Shown in pieces: positions 10,801 through 20,400 of a stretch of 64,000 bases of DNA. Both the position numbers and the translations under genes were made by a program. The notes under the pieces are model-generated. The model was not told the origin of the DNA and searched no databases. It was given only the letters and a program-made list of their open reading frames with translations. Origin of the DNA: a virus (taxonomy: Duplodnaviria; Caudoviricetes); IMG/VR virus record IMGVR_UViG_3300032138_000009, positions 17,209-81,208 of that record. One strand, written 5' to 3'. Within the stretch, counting starts at the first letter, position 1. Each line of letters starts with the position of its first letter.

Positions 10801-10869
10801 GACAAACCATTATTAATTACAGAATGAAATGGATTGTTGTCTAGACAAAAAAGTAAGAGGTATTAAAAA

Positions 10870-11592
10870 ATGGTATATTTCCTAGGAAGAGATGTAAGTG
10901 TTTACATCGGTACGGAATCAAACACAGCCGATAAGAATATCGCAGTCGCTAGTGGTGCAGCGGACGGAACTACAGATGTACAAATCAAAGTTACTGGAAC
11001 AAGCAACTACGACTATTTCGCATATTCTTTGGCAGAAGGTACAGCCACTTCAGGTTGGCCCGCAGCTGTTTCTGATGTTACTGGTGTAGATGTAAGTATA
11101 GGTGCTACTGATGAAGACATCACCTATATAGGTCAGAAAGGTACTGGAAAGGTAGAAATCAAAAGTGAGTACACCCTTTCATTAACCAGAAAAAAGAGTA
11201 ATAACACATGGGACACAATTTTCAATGGTCCAATATTAACAACGTCAGCAGAAGATGGAGCTGGTAAACATGGTGCACGCTGGGGTCTCGCAGGAGATTA
11301 TGGTAATAGCACAGATGCAGCGCCTTTGATAGCAAACGGATTAGCTAATCCTAAAGATTATAATAACTCAACAACTGTTCAAGCAGGATATAGATTATTA
11401 ATAGTTTTTAAGAGTGGAGCTACTGGTGAAATTATGGAATTCCCTAATTGTTTAATCCAGTCTCACACTGTTTCTATTAACGCAGATGGAACTTCAGAGG
11501 AAACTATGGAATTTATAACACAACAGCGAGCTCTACAAGGAGCTGATGGAGATACTTTTAATCTTACAGAAACTGTCTTGGCGGATTATTGA
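10870..11592 (+). CDS. Major tail (tube) protein, paralog 1
   Basis: Upstream of the chaperones and tape measure; shares YFLGRD.SVYI, DEDITY.G and SHTVS.NADGTSEETMEF motifs with the next gene. Confidence 0.7.
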   Translation: MVYFLGRDVSVYIGTESNTADKNIAVASGAADGTTDVQIKVTGTSNYDYFAYSLAEGTATSGWPAAVSDVTGVDVSIGATDEDITYIGQKGTGKVEIKSEYTLSLTRKKSNNTWDTIFNGPILTTSAEDGAGKHGARWGLAGDYGNSTDAAPLIANGLANPKDYNNSTTVQAGYRLLIVFKSGATGEIMEFPNCLIQSHTVSINADGTSEETMEFITQQRALQGADGDTFNLTETVLADY

Positions 11593-11603
11593 GGTAATTA
11601 AAT

Positions 11604-12197
11604 ATGGCATATTTTTTAGGAAGAGATTGTTCAGTTTATATTACAACTGAGGACACGCAAGCAGCAAGTTTTGCCGGATGTTCGATAGCTGGAGCTGTCG
11701 GCTTCAACGCAACTTCAGGAACAGCAGGAGTTCATAACTTCGCTGTACCTTTAGCAACTGGAACCGGTGGAACCGCACAAGCAGACTTAGTAGGAGTAGA
11801 TTTATCAATCGGCGCAGTCGATGAAGATATAACCTACGTAGGTAAAAGGCAAGTAACTAAAGCAGAAATCAAAAAGGAAACCACAGTATCATTAACACGA
11901 AAAAAGAGTGCCATCACATGGGACGCTATTTTCAATAATGGTGGTAGACAAGGATGTGCAAACGCATCAGAGATTTCGTCGCTACAAGAACCAACCATTG
12001 ACACAGGATATCGTATACATGTAGTTCTAAGTGGAACTACAGACGTATTCAGTGTGCGGGGTTGTTGCGTACAGTCACACACAGTTTCTGTTAACGCAGA
12101 TGGAACATCAGAAGAAACCATGGAGTTTATGACTTATATTACTCCTAAGGTAACTAACGCTGCTGTTGTAACTGCTTTAACTGCTGCTGAGTTGTAG
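11604..12197 (+). CDS. Major tail (tube) protein, paralog 2
   Basis: Clear paralog of 10870-11592. Confidence 0.7.
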   Translation: MAYFLGRDCSVYITTEDTQAASFAGCSIAGAVGFNATSGTAGVHNFAVPLATGTGGTAQADLVGVDLSIGAVDEDITYVGKRQVTKAEIKKETTVSLTRKKSAITWDAIFNNGGRQGCANASEISSLQEPTIDTGYRIHVVLSGTTDVFSVRGCCVQSHTVSVNADGTSEETMEFMTYITPKVTNAAVVTALTAAEL

Positions 12198-12261
12198 ATA
12201 TAAAACACGGAAGGGGCAGGCTTGAGCCTGCGCTCTTCTACCAAGAAAAGGTGATTTAAAA

Positions 12262-12651
12262 ATGACAGAAGAAGAAATAAAAGAAGAAGAAGAAACCACA
12301 GAGATGTGGTCAATGGATGACTTGATTGCACTTACTGATGAAGTACAACAAGCTGAAACAAATTTTAGAGGAAAAACAGTAAAATATCAATTTTGTGAAC
12401 TTGTAGAAAAAGAAGAACCAAAATTTAAACCTGTTGCGGACACTGCATCTGAAGAAGAAAAGATGGCAATGTATACGGAATTAGGCGGAAAAAGAATTTT
12501 ATCAATGCTCGAAAAGGCTAACGAGAAAAAACCAGATGGACCTTGTATAACAAAAGACCACTGGGGTCTACTCCCAACTACATTAAGATATCAAATATCT
12601 AATGAAATAATGGGTGTAGAGCAGGAGAGCCGAGAAAATTTTCCTCTCTGA
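12262..12651 (+). CDS. Tail assembly chaperone (gpG-like)
   Basis: Acidic 129 aa protein between tube and tape measure; ends just after an A_AAT_TTT slippery heptamer. Confidence 0.7.
   Translation: MTEEEIKEEEETTEMWSMDDLIALTDEVQQAETNFRGKTVKYQFCELVEKEEPKFKPVADTASEEEKMAMYTELGGKRILSMLEKANEKKPDGPCITKDHWGLLPTTLRYQISNEIMGVEQESRENFPL
12636..12642 (+). promoter_or_regulatory. Programmed -1 frameshift site A AAT TTT
   Basis: Canonical X XXY YYZ in the reading frame; the -1 frame is open into the ORF at 12651-12974. Confidence 0.7.
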
Positions 12652-12974
12652 TGACAAACTCGCTTGATGCGGTACAATTATATGTTCCTTTAATGAAGGA
12701 AACGAATATGACGTGGGAGGAAATTAAAAAGACCCCTCGTTTTGAATTAGAAGGTATTCTAGCAGCATGCCACGAGTATAGCCTCTTACATTCTATGGAT
12801 GGTTATGATGCTAAGGATATAAGTGATATGGCGAAGCATAGACCTAGTGTTCGCCAAGATTGGAATAGATACATGGCCCAAAAACGTAAATATGAATCGT
12901 TAAGTGGAATCCATGGTGATGAAAGTGATAAAGAAGCAGCAGTGGCTGAATTGAAATCTAAGATAGGAAATTGA
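12651..12974 (+). CDS. Tail assembly chaperone extension (gpT-like)
   Basis: In the -1 frame relative to the upstream ORF; immediately precedes the tape measure gene. Confidence 0.65.
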   Translation: MTNSLDAVQLYVPLMKETNMTWEEIKKTPRFELEGILAACHEYSLLHSMDGYDAKDISDMAKHRPSVRQDWNRYMAQKRKYESLSGIHGDESDKEAAVAELKSKIGN

Positions 12975-12978
12975 TAAA

Positions 12979-15900
12979 ATGGGTTTCGCAGGTCAAGTAT
13001 TTGCGGCAAGAGTAGCCGTTGGGTTAGCAATGCCTTCTCCTAAGGCTTTTTCACAGGCAGGGCAGGCAATAGGAGGTTTCGCCTCCAAGATGTATGCTAA
13101 TTTGAATAAAAGTAGTATATCATCAGCATCTAGAACCTTAGCTACTCAAAAAAAGAACCTTGCAGCAGCTAATAATGCTCTTAAAGACCATACTAAAAAA
13201 CAAGGTTCGATGGTTGAGGCTGGTACTAATGCTCAACTAGCACGTATTAAAAAGTTATATGGGGATGTAGGTAAGGCTGCTATGGCTAGTGCTGGTTCCA
13301 TGAAAGGCTTAAAGGCTACTATGGGAAGCACTAAAGCTGCTGGTAAACTTTTTGGAAACCTTAGTAAAGATATGAAAGATGCTGGCGATTATGCCAAGAT
13401 GATGAAAAACTTTTCTAAACTTTCAAAAGATGAGAGAGCTGAGGTTTTTGCTACATTCGAAGCTAGAAAAAAGGCTCATTCTCGTTTAATTAATACCAGC
13501 AAAAAACGAGAAGCGTTAGGAAAAGAAAAGGTCCAACAAATTAGAGATGAAATAGCTGTTTTACAATCTCAAGAAGATGAATTTAAAGGTTTTGATAAAG
13601 CTCGTAATAATGCAGATGATAAATATAACAGAAAGAAAAAGAAACATTTATCAAAGCAGAAAGAGGCCACCGAAGGTGTTACAAAAGCTCAAAAAGAACT
13701 TGAAACACAAGAAAAGTCTCAACTTCAAATCCAAGAACATCTCATCCGTTCTTCTAACGATATGGCAGTATCTATGAAATCGAATTTTGTAGACGCAGTA
13801 AGAGAATCTGTATCTGCACTTACAGCTTTATATTATAAACTTGAACAAAACAGTTCACAATTGATTGAATTTGAGCGGGAATTAATGAACGCTAACTCCG
13901 TTTTCCGCGTTACTAACGATGAACTATTTTCCGTTGGTAATCAAGTTGTACAATTTGGACAAGAATTCGGTATGGAAATGCAGAACGGTGCAACTGGGCT
14001 CTATCAACTTGCATCCGCAGGTTTAAGCGCGGCTGACGCAATGACAGTGTTAAACGATACACTCAAATTGTCTATGGCTGTACAGGGAGACCACAATACT
14101 ATTTCTAAACTCGTTACACAGACCTTGTTTGGTTTCGAAATGGAAATGAATCAGGCAGGATTAGTAGCAGATAAATTCGCCTATGCTATACAGAAGTCTC
14201 TTATTGAGTATCAAGATTTAGCAAGCGCTGTTAAGTTTGCTCTACCTTTCTTTACCTCTACAGGGCAATCTATAGACCAACTGTTAGGTGCTTTACAGGT
14301 CTTGACTAATAGAGCCTTAGAGGCTGGTATAGCAGGTCGTGGATTAAGGCAGGGCGTAGCAGAGCTTGCTGAGAGTATAGGAGATGCTACAGCTAACTTT
14401 AAGAAGTTTGGTGTAGAGGTTGTTGATGCTGAAGGTAATATGCTTCAATTAACAGAAATAGCAGCTAATTTCCATGAAGTATTAGATGAAGGAGTTATAA
14501 ATGATACTGAATTACTTACGTCTTTAATTCAAGATTTGAATGTGCGTGGTGCAACTGCGTTTGTTCACTTAGTTCAAGCATCTGATGAATTTACTGAAGC
14601 TGTGGAAGCAACAGCCAATGCTGGTGGAGAATTAGATGAGATGATTAAGATTCAGAATATGTCTATTTCTTCTCAAATTCAAATATTAAGAAATAATATA
14701 GCCATGATGTCTTTGTACCAAGATGCCGCTTATGAAGGAACTGGTTATATGAATGCCTTTCATGAGGGCGTTTCTAAAATGACAGAATCTCTGCAAGGTT
14801 TACTTGTGACAAACATAAATGGGACTTATGTATTGACTGAATTTGGTAAATCTCTTGAAACTTTTGCTATTAAAGGAGTTAAAGAGTTACAAGGAATATT
14901 AGACAATATATTACCTTTAGCAGAGAAATTCCTAGAAGTAACCAAGTTGGGTGTAGAAGTATTAAAAGTATACCTAATTCCAGTTAAATTGATAGTCAAG
15001 GCTCTCCAAATAATGGGACCACAGATGACTAAAGTAGTTATAGCTTTTCATTTATTTAATAAAATAGTACCTATTACAGCTGCTTTACAGTATAGTCTCA
15101 GTTTAGCTATGATGAATCATTCTAAAGTAACAGCAACTGATACGGCGAATATGTTGAATAATACTCTAGTAACTAATGCCCATAAAAATGCCACAATTAC
15201 CTCTTTAGTAGTTCAAAAACTAGTTAATACTGAAATGTGGAAAGGTATAGCTGTTAAGATATATGACTTAACTTTAGGTAAATTAAGATTAATTTTAGAA
15301 AATAGAATAATTGCTACAGATACTGTTGGATTGGCTGTAACTGATGCAAAAATAGCAGGTTGGTTTATTAGAGATAGGCTACAGTCAAAGAATATTTTAG
15401 GACTCATATGGGAAAATATATTAAATATTAAAAAGAACACGATTACTGCTATGTCTGCTGCTAAAGAAAGTTTATTGAATGCTCAGATGGCAATAAAATT
15501 GTGGCTTTCAAAAGCTGCTTATCCCCATCTTCAAGCTGAATATATGCTTGAATTCCGTAAGAATTTCTTACGCAAGATGTCCATTAAACAATTGATTTGG
15601 AAGAATATTTTAGCTATAAAAGAGAATATATTAACAAAAATAGGTAACGCTCAAATGGCTATAAAGGTTGCATTGTCAAAAATAGCATATGGAACCGACA
15701 TGAAACGTCTCCCTTTAGAGTTTAGAAAGAATTTCTTGGCTAAAATGTCTATCAAACAACTAATAATGAAAAATATTTTAGTCACAAAAGAGATTATTAT
15801 GGAAAAAGTTAGAAATGGAATAATGGCTATAAAACTTGCACTTTCTAAAGCAGCATATGGCACTGATATGAAACGTCTCCCACTAGAATTTAGAAAGAAT

Positions 15901-17469
15901 TTTTTAAGAAAGATGTCTATAACTCAATTAATACAAAAGATAGCGTTACAGACATATGAACATACAGTTATGAAAATCAAATTAGCACTTTCATATGTTA
16001 TATATGGTACTGATATGAAACAATTTTCATTAGAGTTTAGACAAAACTTTTTAAGAAAAATGACTATATCACAACTCATATCTAAAGCATTTTGGCAAGT
16101 TATAGAAAATGTGCAAACTAAAATAAGTAATGCGTATAAAACTATAGCTGCTGCATTGACTATGAAGAATATAAAAGCTCAATGGTCTGAAATATTCGCA
16201 AAGATAACAGGAAATAGCCTTTCTGTAGCAGAGAATATTCAAATGAAAGAAAATATTTTCTTGCGAATGTGGAAGAGTACTGAAACTATACGTGGAACAA
16301 TAGCTCAAGCATGGAATAATGTGGTTCACTTCCTTGGAAATACACTATTATTAAATGGTTGGATTCTATTAACCCAAACTATACCAACTAAAATATATGA
16401 TACATTAGTAACAACTTATAATTCGATAGCAAAATGGTGGAATACTTCTGTAGAAGGAGCTAATACACTAGCTAAAATAGGTAATCTCGCTGTTACCGCT
16501 GCCGCAGTAATAGTATTTATACTTTATGCATTAACGACTGGTATAGTTACAATAGCTACATGGGCATGGAATATAGCTTTATATGCCAATCCTGTGGGAC
16601 TTATTGTTTTAGGAGTTATAGCTCTCATAGTTGCATTTGTAATATTTGCAGTTAAGATAAATGAGCAGATAGATTTATGGTCTATATTTGGTATGATAGC
16701 TAGACACACTCTTGATATGATTTTATGGCCATTTAAGGTATTAGGTGGTATAATTATGGGTGTAGGAAATGCTGTATGGGCTGTTTTAGAAGGACCCTTA
16801 TTTAAATTAGGAATGTTCTTAAGTCATTTCTTCAAAATGTTAATGTACTATGTGAAATTAATAGGTAATTGGTTTATGGAAAAAATAATTAATCCAGTAG
16901 TTGCTGGATTTAAGTGGATATATGCAATTGTTAAAAAGTGGGTAATAGACCCAATCGTTGGTTTCTTTATCAAAACTAAAGAACTATTAGAAACACTTAA
17001 AAACCCTATATTTACTCTTGGTGAATGGTTAATGAAACATATTTTTGACCCTGTTATAAGTGCAGTCACAAAAATCTGGAAATTCATTAAGAAAATTGTA
17101 AAAGGAGTTAAGAAAGTGGGTGGTGCATTCTTAGGAAAGGTTATGGATTATCTTGGTTTTGCTGAAGGAGGGTATGTTAATCCAATGTCTGAAGGAGGCC
17201 GTACGAGAGCGCGTGGTCCTTATTTAGTAGGAGAAAAGGGTCCCGAATTATTCATGCCGCAAGGTCCGGGAAAAATAATTCCAAACAAAGACTTAAATAC
17301 TCAGCGCGTTAAGAATATGTTAAGCAAATTTGAAGGCGATGCTGGCGCGATTGCTGATAAAGCATTTCAACGTATTAGCTCTAATATTAGTGTAGACCGT
17401 TTAGAAGTGAGAAAGGCAAACATGCGAGGAAGTAGAATTGGAATAGATACCTTTGGAGGGAACATTTAA
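12979..17469 (+). CDS. Tape measure protein (TP901-like core)
   Basis: 1496 aa, helical; FERELMNANSV / G..GRGLRQ core; C-terminal FAEGG..GPYLVGEKGPELFMP motif. Confidence 0.9.
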   Translation: MGFAGQVFAARVAVGLAMPSPKAFSQAGQAIGGFASKMYANLNKSSISSASRTLATQKKNLAAANNALKDHTKKQGSMVEAGTNAQLARIKKLYGDVGKAAMASAGSMKGLKATMGSTKAAGKLFGNLSKDMKDAGDYAKMMKNFSKLSKDERAEVFATFEARKKAHSRLINTSKKREALGKEKVQQIRDEIAVLQSQEDEFKGFDKARNNADDKYNRKKKKHLSKQKEATEGVTKAQKELETQEKSQLQIQEHLIRSSNDMAVSMKSNFVDAVRESVSALTALYYKLEQNSSQLIEFERELMNANSVFRVTNDELFSVGNQVVQFGQEFGMEMQNGATGLYQLASAGLSAADAMTVLNDTLKLSMAVQGDHNTISKLVTQTLFGFEMEMNQAGLVADKFAYAIQKSLIEYQDLASAVKFALPFFTSTGQSIDQLLGALQVLTNRALEAGIAGRGLRQGVAELAESIGDATANFKKFGVEVVDAEGNMLQLTEIAANFHEVLDEGVINDTELLTSLIQDLNVRGATAFVHLVQASDEFTEAVEATANAGGELDEMIKIQNMSISSQIQILRNNIAMMSLYQDAAYEGTGYMNAFHEGVSKMTESLQGLLVTNINGTYVLTEFGKSLETFAIKGVKELQGILDNILPLAEKFLEVTKLGVEVLKVYLIPVKLIVKALQIMGPQMTKVVIAFHLFNKIVPITAALQYSLSLAMMNHSKVTATDTANMLNNTLVTNAHKNATITSLVVQKLVNTEMWKGIAVKIYDLTLGKLRLILENRIIATDTVGLAVTDAKIAGWFIRDRLQSKNILGLIWENILNIKKNTITAMSAAKESLLNAQMAIKLWLSKAAYPHLQAEYMLEFRKNFLRKMSIKQLIWKNILAIKENILTKIGNAQMAIKVALSKIAYGTDMKRLPLEFRKNFLAKMSIKQLIMKNILVTKEIIMEKVRNGIMAIKLALSKAAYGTDMKRLPLEFRKNFLRKMSITQLIQKIALQTYEHTVMKIKLALSYVIYGTDMKQFSLEFRQNFLRKMTISQLISKAFWQVIENVQTKISNAYKTIAAALTMKNIKAQWSEIFAKITGNSLSVAENIQMKENIFLRMWKSTETIRGTIAQAWNNVVHFLGNTLLLNGWILLTQTIPTKIYDTLVTTYNSIAKWWNTSVEGANTLAKIGNLAVTAAAVIVFILYALTTGIVTIATWAWNIALYANPVGLIVLGVIALIVAFVIFAVKINEQIDLWSIFGMIARHTLDMILWPFKVLGGIIMGVGNAVWAVLEGPLFKLGMFLSHFFKMLMYYVKLIGNWFMEKIINPVVAGFKWIYAIVKKWVIDPIVGFFIKTKELLETLKNPIFTLGEWLMKHIFDPVISAVTKIWKFIKKIVKGVKKVGGAFLGKVMDYLGFAEGGYVNPMSEGGRTRARGPYLVGEKGPELFMPQGPGKIIPNKDLNTQRVKNMLSKFEGDAGAIADKAFQRISSNISVDRLEVRKANMRGSRIGIDTFGGNI
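15487..16080 (+). repeat. Four imperfect tandem repeats within the tape measure gene (spacings 168, 168, 147 nt)
   Basis: Units start at 15487, 15655, 15823 and 15970: MAIKLALSK.AYGTDMKRLPLEFRKNFL.KMSI.QLI. Confidence 0.85.
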
Positions 17470-20400
17470 TGATACCAACTAAACGAAATCATTTTTATAC
17501 GAAAGAAATAATAAGTAACGCAGTGGGAGTGCGTCCACAATTTAAAGATTTATCTGTAGGCAATGCAGAAACTACTTTAACATTTAAAGCAGGATTAGGA
17601 GCTACACAGTGGGTAGTTTCAGGTAATATAAGTGAAACTCCTTTTCCCAATATGGGAGAATTAGTGGGTGGTTTTCTACAAACATATGTCACAGGTATGA
17701 GTCTATCTGGAACATCTACACTACCTTCTCTTTATTCTTATAAGATACAAAATGGATTTCCTATATCTGAAGGAGGATTTACTCTAGCTACAGGAACTAC
17801 TGATTTATTTGGTACTACTAGCAGTACTATTGGTGATGCTCTTTGGATTTCATCCGCTCAATTTGATACTGGAGAAGTATGGCTTGAAGAGACTTTCGAT
17901 GGTAGTAATAAATCTATGGGAAGTAAATTAGTATTACCCGGAGGAGGAAATGCCGCAATGACTATGGAAGATGCATACGTGAAACCTAAAGATGGAGCTG
18001 AAGCTATAACTTTTGGTGGAGATGCTTTCTTTGGTGGAGGGGGAAGTAATAGTGTAGAAACTAATTTAGGTAAATATTTCTCTATAGGAGGTCCTTCTGG
18101 TACATCTACAGAAGATAAAAGAATATATGTCCGTCCTAAATCTAAAAATAGAATACAAGGGCTTTGGACTGCACTTGATGACCACCGCGATGATAAACAA
18201 AAATGGCAAATATATGAACCTTACTGGAAATGGGACGCAATAAGACCTATTTTAAAATTCGGAAAAACTAACCCCGCTGATGGTACTTTACCTGACGGAG
18301 ATGCTACCCCACACAATACAATATTCAATAGAATTTGGAAGGATAATACAACTTTATCATCTTGGGATGTCCCTTGGGGAAATGTGATGGAAAGTACTAT
18401 GACTCTAGTTCCTTCGGAAGAAGGAGGAGAAGGACAATCTTTAAATGTTAAGTCTCATTGGTGGCGTACTCCAACTCCATCTAATAATTTTTGGAGTGTT
18501 ACTGCTAAAACTACAGCTGTTGATTACCAAAAGTCCCCTTATAACCCTGATGATTTTAGTACGCCAATTCAAACTTCTTGGGCATCAATATATGACATAC
18601 CTTACCCTATTCCACTAGATGCGGGCGGTCTTAGCGAAATCAATCAAGACCTTATCGGAAATAGAACTCATGGAGACCAGCGTACGGTATTACCTGAGAT
18701 TAATATAAATATGAAAATAGCTCAATTGTTATCTTCCCCTGCACTGAATATAAAAACAGCTAGTCAGGCAGGAACTAATGGAATTGCTTATGGATTTGTA
18801 GATGGTACTGATGGATATGACACACAAACTCTAAACACTTATGCTTACCATAATAAGACTTTTTGGCGTAGTGTGGTTGTTACCTTTTCAAATTATAAAC
18901 CAGAAGAGGTAAGTAATAGTTGTACAATGGATGAATTTATCAGATATGGATTAGATTATGCTTATGGAGTCAAGACTCCTGATGGTGGAGTAGCAGGGGT
19001 GGGAAACAAGGTATCTGTGGCAAATAGACAATTAGGTTCTAAGATAGTTACAGGATTGGTTTTTTCTGCCTTTTATGGAGCTTCAGGAGGTAGTGACAAT
19101 GGTACATATGATGACGCCAAGAATAAATTCATTGATAATAATTCTATTTATGCATATTCATTACCTGTGTGTGCTTTTGCCAGTGGAAACACTAGTAATA
19201 CAAAATTTGGTCTATGGGCTAATATAGCAGCTGGACCATCACCATACGTACCCCCATCGACGTTATTACATTGTCCTCTCATAGGAGAATTAACAGGTTC
19301 AAGTAGAGCTAATTATCCATATGTAAAAATACCCCGAAATGAATTTTTTAACGTAAAATTTGTTTTTGATGTTCAACAGCCATGGAGTAAAAATACTAAT
19401 TATGGATGGTATATGGAAGAAAATGTAGAACCAGCTATTAGCTATGCATCTAATTTAGAATCGGGAGTTCCAATCAGGGCTTATTTTGATAATTTAGGTA
19501 TTACTACTACCAGTGGTGCATCGTTGGCGGATATGGAAGTAGCAGAAATGTCAAAGAAAAAACCATACATTAATTTAGCTTTACCTGCTTTTGACGTAAG
19601 TAATAATAGTCCCCATTACTATATGAGTTGGATAGATAGACAAGGAGTAAATATGCAAACTTTATCTGACCGTGATGAAGTAAGAGGTACTCCTGAGCAT
19701 TTTCCTCGACATATGACTATATGGGTTAATAACTTTACGTTTGCTCCTATAGGTGATGGAACTCCTCCATCGTGGGCAAATTACCAATCTTGGTTTAGTG
19801 ATGACTATTGGGTTTCTGACGAGCAAATGTACCCTGTATTAAAAAGTGATGGTACAGTCTCGCAGTCGGGAAGTTGGTCAGGACCAAATCCTACCGCTAC
19901 TGAACTTCTTATAGATAGTATTAAATTTAAATATTGGAATGCTCCTATCACTCAAAACTCTGCTGGTGCAGGTATGACTAGTAGATTTTTCAAAGGAGAA
20001 TCACTGTCAATACCTAGCCCAGTAGCTAAAGTAACTGATGCAGCTGACGATTATGGTACTGGATTTTCACCAGATGGGGAACTCAAGCCAGTAATGCCCG
20101 GTCAATATCTTACTTTAGGATATAAAGATTGGGATTGGTTTAACATAGTAGGAGGTGCTGGTACTGGAGGTACAAGCACTGGAAGTAAATCAGCCTATAT
20201 GTTAGCAAATAATTTTTCTACGAAGGAATTCGACCAGATGCCAAGGGCTACTCCTACTGCTGCATGGATAAGTAATGGTGGGTATGATGGTGATGGTGCA
20301 GAATCTTATTTTACTGGGTATTCTATGTTTGCAGACGTACAAGGTTCTTATTCAACAGTATCAGGAACGGCTACACAAAGTAAATTCTCTAAGGTATTTG

